Origin: Actinomycetota bacterium
Lineage (GTDB): Bacteria > Actinomycetota > Actinomycetes > S36-B12
Assembly: GCA_046095085.1 (NCBI GenBank)
Contig: JBJTIQ010000046.1
Location: 1-38,592 of the forward strand
Direction of reading: 5' to 3'
DNA: 38,592 bases
Shown: positions 37,709 to 38,592 of the stretch, in pieces
Layout of the letters: each line of letters begins with the position of its first letter
Position numbering within the stretch: the first letter of the stretch is position 1
Translations under genes and position numbers: made by a program
Notes under the pieces: generated by a model
Seen by the model: only the letters and a program-made list of their open reading frames with translations
What the model was told of the DNA's origin: nothing
Databases searched by the model: none

Positions 37709-38592
37709 ATGCAGCGCGGTGCTGTCATGGCGGCGGAGATCGAGGAGCAGCCGCGCACCCTGGCACGACTTCTCGCTGACGGACTGCCAGCCATTCGCGC
37801 CGCTGCCGATGTCATTCGCGTGCGCCAGCCGCGCTTCGTGCTCCTTGCCGCTCGCGGCACATCCGACCACGCGGCCCTCTACGCCAAATACCTCATCGAG
37901 ACCCGGCTCGGCCTGCCCGCCGGCCTGGTCTCGCCGTCGACGCTGACGGTCTACGACAGCAGCCCGTCGTACGCCGATGTGCTGTGGATCGCCGTCAGCC
38001 AGTCGGGTGGCTCGCCCGATCTCGTCGAGTCGACCCAGCGGGCACGTGCGGCGGGAGCGCTGACGATTGCCGTCACCAACGCGGAGGGATCGCCCCTGGC
38101 CTCGGTCGCCGACCTGCACGTCGACGTGCTCGCGGGGCCGGAGCGCGCCGTTGCGGCGACCAAGAGCTACACGAGCGAGCTGATGGCGCTGTGGCTGCTC
38201 ATCGATGCGTGGGTGGGCGGCGATGCAGCGGCGGCACAGCCGATTCCCGATCGTGCGCAGGCGGTGGTGGAACGGCGTGACGGCATCGCGGTCGCGCCGC
38301 GCTATCGCTTCGTCGATCGACTGGTGACCACCGGCCGCGGCTTCGCCTATCCGACCGCGCGAGAGGCGGCACTGAAGCTCATGGAGACGTCCTACCTCGC
38401 CGCGCATGCGTTCTCCAGCGCCGATCTCATGCACGGTCCGCTGGCCATGATCGATGAGGATCGTCCGGTGATCGCGATCGTGCCGTTTGGCGAGGGCGGT
38501 GCCGCCATGCAGCCGGTGCTCGATCGGCTGGCCGAGCGCGGTGCCGACGTACTCGTCGAAGGCGATGTGTCGCGGGCTCCCGGGGCAGCGGC
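37709..38592 (+). CDS. SIS-domain sugar-phosphate isomerase/deaminase (GlmS isomerase-domain-like / NagB-II-like); 3'-partial
   Basis: Not in the ORF track because there is no stop before the window end. Hand translation from ATG 37709 gives MQRGAVMAAEIEEQPRTLARLL...FVLLAARGTSDHAALYAKYLIE...WIAVSQSGGSPDLVES...TNAEGSPLA...ATKSYTSEL...TGRGFAYPTAREAALKLMETSY. This has tandem SIS motifs and is open to base 38592. Confidence 0.75.
   Translation, partial: MQRGAVMAAEIEEQPRTLARLLADGLPAIRAAADVIRVRQPRFVLLAARGTSDHAALYAKYLIETRLGLPAGLVSPSTLTVYDSSPSYADVLWIAVSQSGGSPDLVESTQRARAAGALTIAVTNAEGSPLASVADLHVDVLAGPERAVAATKSYTSELMALWLLIDAWVGGDAAAAQPIPDRAQAVVERRDGIAVAPRYRFVDRLVTTGRGFAYPTAREAALKLMETSYLAAHAFSSADLMHGPLAMIDEDRPVIAIVPFGEGGAAMQPVLDRLAERGADVLVEGDVSRAPGAA

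Overview
This is a high-G+C actinobacterial chromosomal core segment; hand counts of typical 60-nt lines give roughly 58-72% G+C. It is densely packed, with about 46 protein-coding genes, tRNA-Pro(CGG), tRNA-Ser(GGA) and a small SRP (4.5S) RNA. Most intergenic spacers are under 100 bp. I counted 11 start/stop 4-nt overlaps (ATGA, GTGA or TTGA), which indicates long translationally coupled operons. From memory, gene order parallels Mycobacterium tuberculosis Rv3649-Rv3683. That block runs: DUF1998 helicase, tad-like locus, HAD hydrolase, acs, ephE-like hydrolase, marP, nudix, nth, crp, MBL hydrolase, RidA, two ArsA-like ATPases, whiB, class A PBP and a metallophosphoesterase. It continues into Rv3708c-Rv3721c (asd, ask, recR, dnaX), then a LytR_C protein, kup, and an MFS-ROK-SIS sugar operon that runs off the 3' edge. 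I saw no IS element, integrase, prophage gene, CRISPR array or rRNA. I did not find an unambiguous brand-new system; this looks like conserved core genome. The best candidates for follow-up are listed here. (1) The helicase-linked Tad/Flp-type pilus module (1-6002). It has no prepilin peptidase in view, its CpaE-like partner has lost both Walker-A lysines, and an opposite-strand surface-protein gene splits it. (2) A cluster of apparent pseudoenzymes: an alpha/beta hydrolase with the nucleophile replaced by Gly, and a Fic-fold protein lacking the catalytic His. (3) A divergon of small-molecule housecleaning genes facing two Get3/ArsA-like ATPases, bracketed by Crp and WhiB regulators. (4) An AT-rich whiB/PBP divergent promoter region with a perfect palindrome. 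All functional calls rest on motif recognition by eye and remembered family knowledge. No database search was run.
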